Source: Isurus oxyrinchus
Taxonomy: Eukaryota
Direction of reading: 5' to 3'
Length of the DNA: 64,000 nt
Assembly (NCBI GenBank): GCA_026770705.1
Contig: JANJGN010000007.1
Span: 97,030,001 to 97,094,000, forward strand
Shown: positions 23,409 through 37,710 of the stretch, in pieces
How positions within the stretch are numbered: position 1 is the stretch's first letter
Layout: each line of letters opens with the position of its first letter
The notes under the pieces: generated by a model
The model's database searches: none
What the model was told of the DNA's origin: nothing
The model's input: only the letters and a program-made list of their open reading frames with translations
Position numbers and translations under genes: made by a program

Positions 23409-26400
23409 TATTTTTATTTATGGGGTCGTTTATGGATCTGTTCACATTGCCGGAAGATGGAGGTTGGGTCGCTGGTTCGAAGTGAACTGGAGAAAATTGA
23501 TTCAGTTCCATAAATTCCTGCGACTCTTAACCAATGCAAAATAAGTACTGGAACCACTGCAGTGAAATAACAGAAAGATGGATACCAATGGGGCACAATT
23601 AACATCCGTAAACAACTTCCACCCAGAGTAATTTCTTGGCTGTAATCCTGAATATAACCCAGTTTAAAAATCTCAACGTTCAGAATTTTAACTAGGAAAC
23701 TGTAACAACAGTGTGAAATGGATTTGCTTCTGTCCTTAGATTCATTGAACGTGGAAAAAAAAAATCAATAACATTTTAACTGCATCTGCAGCAATCCAAA
23801 TTGTCAATAGTTATATGCAAACTTTAAAAGTAGTTGTTGATCACAGTGATATCAGATCTGCATGAATATCACTTTCAGCTTTGTACGTTGGAGTCTTAGA
23901 ACTAAGAAAATGTATTCAGATTTGAGGCGTTTGTATTTTACCCACCTATATTTTTTTTTAAATCTCAGTCAAAGTTGATGATGTCATGTATTGATCAATT
24001 GACTGTAACTGACAGCAATGATAGGGGCAATAACTGCGTCAGTTAATACTTATCACGAGTATTAATCAGTTATGATTGTAGTTGATCAGCCCAAATGGCT
24101 GCTGGAGTTGTGGGTTACTAGACAAACTGTGTTGTGGCTTCTCGCAGAAACGAAAATGCAGCTAAATAGAAGAAAAAGAAGACCTTTGCTCTCCTATTAT
24201 TTCTGCTCTTGGATTTCCTGGCAGAGGTTCTTTTTTTCCTTTTTTCCTCAGATTTTAATGATGTGAATTGATTTTAATTCTATTGTTGTCCGAAGGATTA
24301 TTTCTCATGGCGTGTATTGCAGACGAATCTTTGCTGTTCCAAAGATTGAATAATAGAATGCCCTCTGTCTCAGTCCCAACAGCCTTCTAGGAGCCGTATT
24401 ATATCAGTTTGACAGTTGCTCATCCAAATCGCCCTGGCAATGTAGCAGGGTTATTCTCTTGCACAAAATTTATTGATTTTCGGAATTTGTGTTAAGAACA
24501 GGAAATTGACGGTGTGCAGTTGTTAACATTTTCATGCTGTGAAACTAACGTGTTATGGATAAATTTATCAATGCTTTTTAAATAACTGATATTGAGAACA
24601 CTCACATTCTCAATGGTGAAAAGGCGCAGTATTATATACTCCCTCCCCGATTGCATGGTTCAGGCAGCTATGATTGAAATCCATTTTGGGTCATGGCTTT
24701 AATGCACTTATGGATATGTCTGCCCTGCTTCAGTTGTGACTGCTGAAGTGAGTTTGAGGTTGATTCGTTCACGTCTACTTCTCTGGTTCAGTGTGATTGC
24801 ATTCCCTGTCACTCTACTATTTTTGTAAAGTGACAGATTTTTACGTGACTTTTGTATCTGCTTACAGTGTACCTGTTGGTATCGTGAGTCCATCTATTTA
24901 TTTATGGATTATAAGAAGAACCGGTGATCCTGATGCTTTATTAACTGAATGGTTTCACCATTTAACACAGCAGTTTATAATTCTAGGGGTAAAATCAATA
25001 ATTGTGAGGACTAATTGAAAGATGATTTCGATTCAGTACCCCTTACTACCCCCAACCCACTGCCCCGCCCCATGCATTATGAATGAAATAAACAATGTAG
25101 GTGAATAGGAGGAATGTTGAGTGATGTTCAGAATCATTATACTACTCACAGTCGCTTCAAAACAGGAGGACCTTACTCTGAGAATAGGCCATTGAATACG
25201 GGCTGGTGAACTCATTGTACCTTCTGGATTTTAGGCTTCAATTGAATATTAATGAAATGTTAAGAAGAAAAATGCAGAATGAGTACTCCAGAGAGGTAGA
25301 GACGCTACCGAGGAAAAAAAAAAGAGAAAGGTATTGGAAAATGACATTGAAAGGGAGAGAGAGTGAGAGAGAGATAACCAGAAGGAAAGGCAGCGAGAGC
25401 AGCATTGTGTGTACTATTTGGTGCGACATGCTAAGAGCAATTAATGAGAGAAAATGTGCGTTGAGGTTTTTCTGAGGATTTTGACAAATTGGGTGAATAG
25501 TATCGTTTGGCTTGCTCCGTGTTTATTTTTCGCTCTCAGCCATGCCGTCTGCTTTGGAGGAAGTTCCTTTACATTGCCAACTGCCTGAATAAATAAATAT
25601 AATAGGATCAGTTCTTCACTGACGGTGACTCGTTATACATAGTGAGCATTAAAATTTCTTTGACCGCTGAATTGAATAACGAGAGAAGCTGCTTTCCGAA
25701 GTTCAGCTACATTGTGATGTACCGCAAAACATCACTGGATTTAACATAGTTTACAGCAGCACACTTTCCTTACACACTGATAAAGAGATTAGTCGGTACA
25801 GTATTAATTTCTTCTTGCTAATTCGATCTATAAATTAGATTTCCTCTGTCACTCTGCTGCAGTATCCCCCACCGAATATCAGCCACTTCTCCCCGTGCTT
25901 TGAATGACCTGCCTTCACATCCATTGCTTTCGTTTACTCACTTTCATGCACCAACTGCTCCCGTCTCTCTTCCGGCTGCTCCGTGCCCGTGTTCTTTCTC
26001 TTCATCCGAATCTAACTCACTGTTTTAGCCTCGAGCTCTCTCTTCCAACGCGATCTGAAACCTCAAACTCTTAGCTATTGTTCCACTGTCTGCCAGCCCC
26101 ATCGGCCCTCTTAACTAAGAGCAACCGGACCATATCCCCTGTCCACAAACCGCCCTGGCTATCCGTCCGGAGTCTGTAGCACAAATTAACCCTTTAAGGT
26201 CCAATATTGTAAAAGCCATTCTGCATTCCCACCAGCGCACAATCCTCACTCAGCCCATTCAATATATTACGTGCTGAATTTAGTCACTTTCGGAGTTCTG
26301 TCTAATTTTTGCGTTACACTTTTCTCTGTCAGAAAATACTGTTTACGTCGATAAATTAGTTATTACCATTAGATGCAATAACAAATCGGGAGATTTCGTC

Positions 26401-28295
26401 CCAGATCCTTTCCAGTTTCTGCTTTGGCCACAGGTTTGGACAGTAATATTCCCGATTCTTATTCTCTCTCTTCCAATTAAGCTGGTGGCAATTGTAATCC
26501 TGTCGCGATGGAATTGCGGTCTCTAACTGCATAACCCATTACCCAGCAGGAATGGCAGTTGCTGATTCCTTGGCCTTTGTCACTGAACTGATATTGGGCT
26601 AGCTGGGTGCAGTTTTTTTTTGCCAGCATTATTTCTGCACATAACTCGTGTATCTTAGTCCCATCGTCTCCCTGTGTGCTAAAGCCACCGTAGTTTCTGT
26701 CTGGCTCAAAGTCGCTTTCAGCTTTGATCCATTTTTGGCCATTTTTTGTGAGAGGCTAAAAACAATATATTGCACTAATAAAACAGCGAAAATTGTGCTT
26801 TGAATTCTGAGCTCACTCGCACCTGTTATGGCCTCCCCATGGTAACATTAACCACATTATTAAATTGATAATGCTCCCTGCGAATATGTCCATGAATTGA
26901 GCTTCTTTACTTCCCCGCATGGACCGCAGTTTTTTTTTTTTTTTTTTTTTGTTTCACAACATGTTAGCGTCTTGTCTCCCTTTCGCCCTGATGTTGCTTC
27001 CAAAAATGCTGACGGTCAGACATTTTTTAGAAACCAGTCGTATCAGCAGGAAATTCCAGTAATTGAGAATTTCACAAGGATCCGATGTAAAATCCAACGG
27101 AAATCCAACATTTTACTCTTGACTGTGTCTGGCATCTTTATACTGCTAAGTCTTACCGAGTTTATCGATAATGTTTACAGGCGAATTACTAATATTCGTC
27201 AGGATTCTTCCAAAATAACCCTCATTATATCCCGAAGCACAGTTTCAAGATGCTTCAGTTTCTCGGTTCGTGCAGCAACGCGTGGATTTACGGCATGACA
27301 CAGTCTAAATTCGGGGATGACCTTAGAAAACGCTGTACAATAGCCAATCGATTGCATTGTTAAATAAATTAAACCATAAAATGAACTGAAGGTTTTCAAA
27401 TATTCGAATCAAATTCGAAGTTACATTCCTAACCATCGGTACAAACTGGAAAAAATGCATTTAATATTAGCAGCATAGAACGGTCGACGTGCCCAAGAAT
27501 TTAGTTTTCATTCATAATCCAATCATTTGAGGTGGGATTGTTGGGACTGGATAGGGTATGATTGGGGTGGTGGTGTTAGAGTTTGAATGGGCTGTGAGGA
27601 AAGTGCAGAGGAGGGTTTCTTGCTCTTACATAATTCAAGTATTATTTTCAAAACTAATATCAGCTTCACTTCAGCGCAACCCACCCCGGACCCAGAGAAC
27701 AATGCAAAACAACAGTTGTTTCTTAATAAGTGCACAGTCCTCCATACACATCGATAACCAATCATCTCTGCTTCCTGTCAATCAGCCAACTCACCATGCT
27801 GCTATTTCAACTTTTTGTTTCCTGCGCCAAAGTGGCTAAAGGCATCCTGGACCTGATTAATTGCTTCTGCTGAATTGAAAATTCATAGCTGCAGATGCAT
27901 AGAATTCATATCTAGCAAATGCCATTGCTTTATTTAAGAGACCATTATAGCAGAGCACAAAGGGATGAAGAATAATCCATATAGCCCACCATTATTTCTA
28001 AGCCTATTACGAGGGACATGGTAACAGGCCACTTAAAAAATCATGTTATCACTAAGTAGAGGCGAGAGGGAATTATAACAATGAGTTCTTGTTTCAATTC
28101 GAGTTATCAATGTTCTTAGTAGGATAGCTAATGGGAAACGTCTGAGTATAACATTTGCTAAGGTAATATACAAAGAGGATAGTGCACTAAATTGGGGCAT
28201 TGGCTGTAATATGTGAAAATGGTTTGAGCAGAAGGCAATAGGTTGGGAACGGAGGCTCAGACTGGGAAAGACATTGTGGGGGGGTGGGGGGGGGG

Positions 28296-28535
28296 GACAT
28301 GATGGTATAGTTTTAATGTATTGGATTAGAAATCCAGAAGTCCAGATTAATTGTTTGGGAATGTGGGTTCAAATCATACCACGGCAGTTGGTGAGATTTA
28401 AAATCAATTAATTAGAAGTAAGTATGCAAATAATCACTTCTAGCCGTGACCCACTGCAAGTTGTTTGACTATGAATTACGCTCAAGTAGAGCATGGGCAC
28501 AAAATGCTGGCCTAATCAGTTGCACCCACATTGCA
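28296..28535 (+). mobile_element. tRNA-derived SINE, decayed
   Basis: gatggtatag...gggttcaaatcataccacggcag head and ...atgggcacaaaatgctggccta..cacccacatt tail, matching the LINE head and tail at 16150 and 10764. Confidence 0.7.
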
Positions 28536-29049
28536 GTGCAGTGGGAATTTGATAAAAATGCTCTGCCGGGTTTTGAATATGAAATAAATTAACCTTCTAA
28601 GTTAACCATCATCACCCGACTTTGTTGCAGTTTATTAGTCAATTGGATCACACAAATCGAAGTTTTGGGCGAACAAAGCATGACACATTTCAAACATAAC
28701 TCAAAATCTTCAGGTCATGGACAGCTGATGAGTGGAAATACGTTCTGTTTGCCTGTGCTTTTCCGGTCCCAAACACTGAAATGAGTGTAATAAATGCCAT
28801 TCATCAACTTTTACTGACAATAAAATGTTACGTGAGAAAGGAAGCTATGAGCATACACAAAGGTTACAGTGTAATATTGAAGGATTTGGTGTGTGTAAAC
28901 GAAAATGTGAGTGGCAATTCAATGTGTGAGAATTGTGAGTTTTCTATTTTGATCGAAAAGTACAAAAGCTAAATGGTGTGCAACGCTAACAGTCTGAATC
29001 AATTGTGCCTTCAGAAGCATTCACGTGTCCGTGTACATGGACATAACAT

Positions 29050-29720
29050 GCTCGTAGTGCAATGAATTAGAAAGCCATACGGTATATTTGCTTTTCTTAC
29101 AATGACATCCAAATATAAGGTTTAAGAGATTTACTAAAATTATACAGGGTATTGTGCGTTCACACGTAAGATGCTATGTCAAACCTGTTTCCTTACTGTA
29201 GGGAACAAAAAAAAAACATATTTTCTGTGAAGCCAGTGCAACAAATGTTAACTAAGCTGGTTCTTGGCTGAGGAAAAGCTGAGTAGTCAAGACCTGAACA
29301 CCCTGTAAATGTCAGGAATGAAAGACAATCTTAATATCGTAGTATAAAATTCTTAAGAGTCTCGCAATGGTGGCTATTGAAATATTGGTTCCAATGGCTG
29401 AAGAATCGGCAACACAGCTTTATAGCCTCAAAATAAGGCGTTGGTCAATCAGGACTCCGTTGAGTCAGGGTTTCTTCAGTCAATCTTTCTGAATATTTGA
29501 AAATGTCAGCCCTGGATAGCTGTGAATGTTCAGTCTTTGAGGATATTCAAGGCAGAGTTAAATGGATTTTTGAATGCCACGGGAATTAACACATTTGCAG
29601 ATGATGTAGAAAATTGCAGTTGAGGACGAAGTTTAGCCATGCTTCTATTAAATCATGCTTGAAGGCTCACATGGCCTACTCCAGGTTTTACTTGTCGTAT
29701 TTGTGTACTCATATCTGAAC
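29050..29720 (+). mobile_element. Old CR1 LINE 3' fragment
   Basis: Decayed CR1 RT C-terminus and 3' UTR (catggcctactccagg). Confidence 0.55.
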
Positions 29721-29859
29721 AAGCTCCGTATGCTTCCAATCAGGTCCTCCTCGGATTACCTTTTAACACTCTAATGTAGGGGGTAGCATATTCGCTTAGA
29801 CAGAGTTTTGATTAGCTAGCTGGAAGCAGAACGTAATGATAAATGGGTTATTTTTCAGC

Positions 29860-31080
29860 CATAACCTTTGACTGTCCTCCTTTCAAAAATATTCCTAACC
29901 CAGAATTTAATAGATTCAATGACCCAACCAGTACTGTTCTCAGGAATACAGACATCCGCAGACGAACAAAACTGGGAGGGATAAACAAAATACTCCTCAT
30001 CTCAATCTCAATCTAGTTGGAAACCACAAATTCTGAAACTGTGTTCCCCAGTTCCATAGATGGTCACAAGAGGAAAAACCGTCTATGCACCCACGTTGTC
30101 AAGTCCCCCCGGGATATTATATATTTCAATAAAAGCACCTCTCATCGTTCTACACTCGAATGGGTACACGACCAAACTGCTCCACCTTTTCTCTTTTGAT
30201 GACATGGTACCAGAATTTAACCTAAAGAAGCATCTCTGATTTGCTGCTTCTAAATATATGCCCCGTCAAAAACTGCACATATAATCCTTATGCATTTGTG
30301 ATCTCGACAAAGCAAAATATCCCAATAGAAATACTTCCTACGTTGATGTTCAATGTCGTTTGCAATAAACCTGCCTATTCCATTTTCCTTCCTAATTGCT
30401 TGATTTGCCTACATCCTAACCTTTTGAGAGTCATGTACCAGGAGAAGAAAATCCCTCCGAAAATCAGATCTCTGCAGCCTCTCTACATTTAAACTATATA
30501 CTATGTTTCTATCTTTCCTTCCAAAGTGGGCAGGTTCACTTTTTCCCACATTGTACTTCGTCTGTCAGGTTGTTCCCACTAAGTTAACCATTGTCACTCC
30601 TATTATTTGTTCTATAAATCAACTTGACAACTTATTTTCCGAAACATAACTGTGCAATCAGGCAATTTAGCTGTCAGACATTTTGTCCTTTATCCGTGTC
30701 TTTGATATGGATTGTAAATATTTGAGGCCCCTGAACTGACCACTGTTACACTCTCTGAGTTACAAATTGCACCAGAAAATAACTCACTTGTTTTCATACT
30801 TTGCTTCCTGATAGGGAGCCAATCCTGCATCTATGTTAATATACTAATGCGTAAACGATGATCTGTTATTTTGTATGGTATACTTTGATCTTGCCTAATA
30901 TCAAATACAAAATGTACTACATCGACTGCTATACCTTTTCCCACCCTCTTTCTTACATCCATAAACAACTCTAACACATTTGTGATGCATAGGTTGCCTT
31001 TTATTAAAAAGTGTTTAAAGTTTTGTGTTGCATTATGGCCTTTTAAATGCCCTACAGCTGTTCCTTAATATTGGACGCCC
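29860..31080 (-). mobile_element. Old CR1 LINE fragment
   Basis: Reverse-strand CR1 RT-like sequence (ttcactttttcccacattgtacttcgtctg; gaggcccctgaactgacc). Confidence 0.55.
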
Positions 31081-31549
31081 GCATTATCCTCATGGCAGAT
31101 GTTAGGCCAGTTGGCCGATTGTGTCCTGCTTCAAGAACCACTCCCCCACCCCACCCCACCACAACCACACAACACCCCCCACCCCCCACTCTAACCAACG
31201 CGCCCTTAACCTTTTTGATTAGTACAGTTATATGTGCTTTGATTTATTCCAAAGGACGTGACGACAAGCCTTCTCCTCCGGATTTTCACAGTCATCAAAA
31301 GGACTGTGCAGACTCATGGCCCAATCTCCCAGTTGGTGAACCGATAACCCACCCCCCAGAACCAACTGTCCAGACCATTACCCGCCTGCCAACAGCCCCC
31401 ACAAATGAACTTGTAATCCTCCGAAACCACCCAACTGCTCACCACTGAAGCTGGACTACCCTCCTCCCCAACCATCTACGCGCCTCTCAGTCCAGAAATT
31501 AGTACCCATGTCCACAGGCTCAATTGTTACTCATATTTTAATTGTATTG

Positions 31550-34500
31550 TTATGACACATATGGGATGAGCATTATTTAATTATGTGCTTTTAGTACTCA
31601 TAAAGAGAGACTGCTGGATCACTGGGTTGGTCGGTAGGAAACAGATGTGACTAATGCTGCATTTTGTAAATAAAGTTAACATTAAGTATTAACATCTAGT
31701 TTCACAATTCAAAGATTTGTTTCACATCAAAGTAGCGTGGTAAGCGGGTATGGTTGTCTAAATGTGAAATGCATATTTTTTTTCAGTTGTGAGTTTGTAA
31801 TCTGAATACTGATTTGGAACAATGATTGAAGGCAGGTATAAAGTGCCAGACTATGGATCCCCACGCTTTCCTATGAAGACAAGTCTTATGACCAGTGGAA
31901 AAATTGAGTAGGCTGATGGATAAGGGTTACATCCTTAACAAAGGGAAAAGGGTACGGTCTTTGCATTGTCATTTCCTAAAGAAAGTCAAAATGAAAATCA
32001 GAGCTTAATTTTTGGTGAACTGGTCGCCCATCAGTCCTTCAATGTTGAAGTTTTGCACATTCTGTCACAGTTCATGGATCCACGTTATAAGAATGATAAT
32101 ATATTAAATGACTGGGAGGTTTGGTCAGACCTCGATAAGTTACTGCATAGGGGAACATATGCAATGGGTTTCAATAGATTGTATTAAACACAACAGATAT
32201 TAACTTTGGAAATTCATGGTTCAGTGCTCTCTTCCATTTCGTTAGTTTGTACTAAAGTGGACAAATACCAGGTCTTAAATGGAATCGCATTGACAGAATG
32301 AGACATATATTTGGATCAGATGTCTGATGCCTGAAAAAAAAAATCATGGGATTTTTTTCCAAGAACCTTCATGGAATAAGTGGGGCTTTAAGAAGTGCCA
32401 AGGAAGATGGACGAGCAAATGATCACTGTCAATGAGATTATACAGGTATGTTTAACAGGCAGCAATAAAACAGGAGAATTACTGACAATGGAAAAAATAA
32501 GTTGGAGGCATTTTGATATGTCTGGAAGAAGGCAGGATCGGTATTCTCATAACACATAAATTAACCATAGGAATGTGTGGTGAAGTGTCAAAGGTTTATG
32601 AGGTGTGGCTCAAAGCAGCAAATTGTCCATGGCAGAACCACACTGTTTTCGAATTGAATAATGAGACAGAAATTGAATACTTTTGTTATTGTTCATTCTG
32701 AGGCAATGGTACAGGTCACAAGAACCTTCAGTCTAAAAATGAATGTAGAGTCATTGATTCATTTAATTATGCCGTTTTACACAGTAATTGCACATCAACA
32801 GTAAGTGGAAGAGGTTGCTTAAAATGTTATATAGATTAACTCCTCGAAAATGATGGCAGTGGAGTTAGGGAATATGAAAGTTCTAACTGTTTCAACTTCA
32901 AGGATGAAAACATGTTAAAGTTATTGGAATGACTGGTGCTTCCATGCAGAATAGATCAAGTAAATCACTTTATTAGTGAAGATCTGGTATTTACTGAAAG
33001 ACATTTGCTGAGCAAGCCTTCCATGAAAAACGACCCAAATTAACCTCGACATTTCAACTCATGAATCAATTTTCATTGGAATTTATGTAGCTGCAATTCG
33101 GCCATTAAGGACAGTGTGCATGCATTTAAACAATACCTAAATTTTCCAATCAGCATTTTAAAGACATTTTAATGGCATGAGGTGATAGAGCTATTTGAGG
33201 AGAAACACAAATTGTCTAAAAGTTACATCAGCGATTCCTCTTCCCTTTTGTCACAGATTAAAAATCCTACTAAAGAAGGCACGGATAGTTTAACGTGAAT
33301 ACAGAATTCTCTTTTAAGACATTAGTAAAACAATGTGACATTCGCAAATAAATGTCAGAGGATACAGCCACGGCGCATTTCAAGGTTCTCACTGGCACGA
33401 GGATTTAATGAAGTTTCAGTTATCACTTTAAAGGTACAGGCAAGAAGAGGGACAGTTTCCTTTATGGACATGACGAGCAAATTCATTTTTTATGCAGTCA
33501 TACCTGTTAAATTCAAAAACTTGATTGAGATAAAGGATGCAAAAGTAGACAGGAATTAGAATGGGTATGCTGGATAATTTCCTGACTGTAAATTGTTAGC
33601 GGCAGATGCGGGGTTGGATGGGTGAGGACATTCGACAATGATGAGTTTAGAGACGTGTGAAAATATGAACATTATAGTTATGAACACGTCAACAGCCAGC
33701 CCTTTCAGTAATGGGTATTCTGAAAGTAATCACATGGTGATCAATGGGATGCTCTAGAAGATATTCGCCAAGCAACTGTATTGCATGGTAGCAATTGCCC
33801 TGGGGTGAGTATTCTGTGCAAAAAAAAAGAAAAAAAGTTTCAAATATTTGCGTGCTATGGTGTGTATAGGCCTATGGGAGGAATCCTAAAGCACCTTCTG
33901 CCCTAAGTGATTATGCACAGCCATAGAAGGGACTACAAATACTTTTGCTTTTTATGAGGGTTTGAATGCCGGATATAAAGGAAGAAGAGCATGCATCAGG
34001 GCAGAAGTCTCAGAGGAAATTCAGTGAGCTTTACATTAATAGATAAGGGCATGAGAGATATATTTACATCCTGGTGTTTGAATGAACAATGACAAATCGG
34101 TTAAGAATAATTGGATAAGTTAAGAGTAAGTTGATACTGTAAGATGGAGAGACAGTGGTTATCCCTCATAGTCAACAAATAATTAAGATCCATTCAAATC
34201 GGTTAAACAGGTTTGAAGATTTACTTCGAAACCCTGAACAATTAAGGATATGAGGACGAGGTATCCTGCACTTTACAAACTCAAATATTGACAGTTAGGC
34301 TGAGCAGGATCCGACAGATAATGACACATATGAAAATATAAAAGCTTTACCAATGCACAGAACAGAGCTCACGTGTACAAAGTCCAATTGCCTGTAGTCG
34401 GTTCTTGGATGATCTATGTACCAGAAGGGTTCAGTGAATGGAGGAAAGCGCCCATTGTAGGGAGCAGAGGGGAAGCCAGTGGCACATTCAACGTTCCGCT

Positions 34501-35250
34501 AAATGTTCACGTGATAGGCAAGGGGTAATGCCTAGCACTGGCAAAATGACATCAAATGATCGAAACAATGAAACTCCCCATATTTGACCTGAGAGTGAAG
34601 CTAGCACTAGAAAACGATCATGTACTGAAACAGGACCTCTGATCATGGTAGGGAGAGAACCTGCGGTAGTAACTCAGGATGATATATGAGGTCAAGTCGA
34701 GGCCGCAGCTTGACTAGTCTATGTGTTTGGGCAAGAACGACAGAGCAGAGTATGATTATTATCCCGTATGATCGAGAATTATTGGAGACTGCAAATATGT
34801 ACATATACCTAGGCATTTCAATAAGAGTGTCAAATCACTAGCTTTGGATTGTTGGAAGGAATTTGATGTTTACTTCGAAATACCATACAGGGGACAAGCA
34901 GCTTCGTTACTCAGGTGGATATGTATGGAAAGAATACACACAAAATGGGATAGATAGGGCTGAAGTGAAACCAATCGCTCGACGTTTCGAAAAGAGGCTA
35001 TGAGATAAAGATATTAGAATGAACGCAATCACGGAAGGGAAAGTGATCTTGACGATGTTGTTCTCTCTGTTAGCCGCATTTTCACGGAGACGTAGGGAGA
35101 TTAATACAAATATTGTATTTTTTGCAGGATGAAAAGAAACTAAAATCATGCAGAAGTGTTTTTGAAACAATTTAAGAAGCATGCGTTATAGTTGGGAAAC
35201 TGCAGAAAATAACAAACATAGTTATGAATTAAATGATGTGTGAAGAGTGT
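31550..35250 (+). mobile_element. Decayed Ty1/copia LTR retrotransposon (gag-PR-IN-RT-RH order; GalEa-like)
   Basis: gag SYDQWKN..W..VT.L...FALSFP...FMD..YKND...WSDLDK; knuckle RCGSK...NCP; protease SFNYAVLHSNCTSTVSG (degenerate DSG). Integrase LARGFNEV...NDEFR..CENMNI.VMNT..ASPFSNG..ESNH lies upstream of RT/RH remnants (EKRL.DKDI). Confidence 0.65.
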
Positions 35251-35814
35251 GGTATTACATGGCTAGGTCTTTCTTGCAGAAAAAAGGGAACCCTCAGCAG
35301 AAAGCCGAGCCAGCAACATTTTGATCGTATCACAAATTGAAACTCCCGGCATTTTTATAATGCACGCCATTGATTTTCTATGGGGTGGTTCTGCGAAACA
35401 CACTCAGTCCGGTTTCTCACACAGCTGACACGGCTGTCCAGCCCCTGAGCTGCCCATCCACTCTCCTAACAGCAGTACCATACGATCTCTGACAGCTAAA
35501 ACTCATCGGGGAAACAGAGAAGAATGGCTCACTTTGGGAGTGATTATGCGTCCATTTCTCATGATGTTGCTCCCGGGTACCTTGCTGAAAAAGTTGAAAA
35601 CGAGAAAATGGAAGTACCGTGTTTACAGGATGCCTACAACCCCCAGAAGAAAAGTGGAGAGTCAATGGATCCGATAAGCCCATACCAGCAACTCAGCCAA
35701 GAGGATCTGACATTGTGTGCCGCAAGAAGTTCAGTTATCTCACCCGAGTTGTTAAGGATGTTATATCCTGCCGAATGCAACACGGACATAAGTCACTACA
35801 CCATTTGGCACAAC

Positions 35815-36650
35815 AGCGTGTGGGCTAATACTTGGCAGATGGAATATAATGTGGGAAAATATGAGGTTATTCACGTTGGCAGCAAGAATAGAGGAGCGGA
35901 ATATTATTTAAATGGAGAAAGGCTGGAAAAGGCTGTGGCAGGGAAGGAGTTGGCAGTCCTTGTGTATCAATTCCAAGAAACGATCATTTGCAAGTTCAAC
36001 AGATAATAGAGCAGACAAATGGAATGTTTGCTTTTATTTCAAAGGGAATGGAGTATAAGAATAAGGATGACTAGCTAAAATTTTACAAGACGCTATTTAG
36101 ACCACACCTAGAATACTGAGAACAATTTGGTCTCATTATACAAGGAAAGAAATATTGACATTGCAGGCAGTCTACAGATAGTTCATGAGGCTATTTCTTC
36201 AGAGGAGAGTTTGAGAAGGTTGGGCCTGTACTCATTGGAATTGAGAAGAATGAGAGGCGAACTTATCGAAACATGTATGATTCTTACAGGGCTTGACCAG
36301 TTAGAGGTTGAGAGGTTGTTTTCCCCTGTTTGAGAGTGTAGCACCAGAGGGCATAATCTCAGAGAAAGGGGGCGATGATTAAAATAGAGATGAGGAGGAA
36401 TTTCTTCTCTCAGAGGGTAGTCATTCAGTGGGATTATTTACTGCAGAGTGTTGTAGAGGTTCGGTCATTAAGTATATTCAAGGCTGAGGTAGACATATTT
36501 GCAATCAGTGGGGGAATCAAGGCTTATCAGGAAAAGGCGGGGAAGTGGACTTGAGGGTTACCATATCAACCATGATTTCTTTGAATGGCGGAGCAGACTC
36601 GATGGGTCGAATGGCCTAATTCTACTTTACATCTTCTTTTCTTATGGTCT
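35815..36650 (+). mobile_element. CR1 LINE 3' fragment
   Basis: WANTWQMEYNVGKYEVIH, LRRLGLYSLELRRMRGELIET, and a 3' UTR ending cttatggtct. Confidence 0.9.
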
Positions 36651-36654
36651 CAGC

Positions 36655-36856
36655 ATGCCCTAACTTCAGCTCACAATCACACAGAAAACAGAACATTTGA
36701 GTAAAAAATCAAGTGAGCCGTTTCACTCTGCTACTATGCAGTAACAGCATGGTTGGTACCGGCAACGAACAGGATGCTACCGTCAAGACAAAAATATTTT
36801 CTGACGATCATACAAATGAGTAATGTGGCATATAAAATTCAATGTCAGTGTGATGC

Positions 36857-36901
<45 letters not shown>

Positions 36902-37710
36902 CTGCGGATGCTGGAAATCCAAAACAAAAACAGAATTACCTGGAAAAACTCAGCAGGTCTGGCAGCATCGGTGGAGAAGAAAAGAGTTGACGTTTCGAGT
37001 CCTTGTGATCCTTTGACAGTAAGCCGTACGTCCCAAACACTAGCAGTTTGCTCCAAACGGCATGTCCCAGCTGCTGTTCTCAAGGAGCAGGATGCATACG
37101 GTACCCAGCCAGCCCGTCCTCAAAACACAGTGTCCAACATTAACTTTGATTCTGCAATTGCACAGCATTTGCTAAATATTCCTCAGTGTACTAAAATTAA
37201 GCTGATTCGCGATTGGACAACATTGGCTAAATATTCGTCAATGTACCAGGTTCTATGCTGACAAAAAATTTAACATTGTCAGTCGGACTCGCAGTGTGGT
37301 GCATTTATGGATGCTACATATACTGATAGACAGGGCCCTCTTCCTAGCGGACAGAGAGAATATATACACACATCGAGCCCATTTCAGCTAAACGAAACAA
37401 AAGCCAGCCATTCACTGACTAATTCCTCAGAGCAATTCTTTGACCAATCAGGGTCAAGCAACCTGGTTTAAATTTCAAACCATGCTTTACAGTCAGCAGT
37501 CAGTGTCTATTGCTGGAACATCCTTCTTGGCAAAGTCATTTGTCAACCAATCAACACTCTCTTCACATACAGTGTTTTTACAGTGTTGTGCCCTCTTTTG
37601 TATTGGCATTCTTGTGAGTTTTCTAATCAGTGCAAAAAACAAAAATCTTATAATCTCTCTCTCATTCGCCAATACTCCATCTTTGTGCTACCAAATGACT
37701 AGCACATAAC
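36655..37710 (+). mobile_element. Penelope-like element fragment (GIY-YIG endonuclease and 3' region), interrupted at 36861-37018
   Basis: NRMLPSRQK...SNVAYKIQCQCDAMY|VSRTSQTL...HVP...DSAIAQHLLN. Confidence 0.7.
36861..36896 (+). repeat. (TA)18 microsatellite
   Basis: Direct reading. Confidence 0.95.

Noticed and set aside
24708-24893. INLKLTSAVTTEAGQTY resembling an Ig V E-F strand
   Set aside because: There is no YxC, Trp or first Cys at proper spacing, and no canonical splice sites.
35524-36006. 160-aa ORF as a real gene
   Set aside because: It is a chance in-frame fusion of a decayed Myb-like transposon ORF with an inserted CR1 RT fragment.
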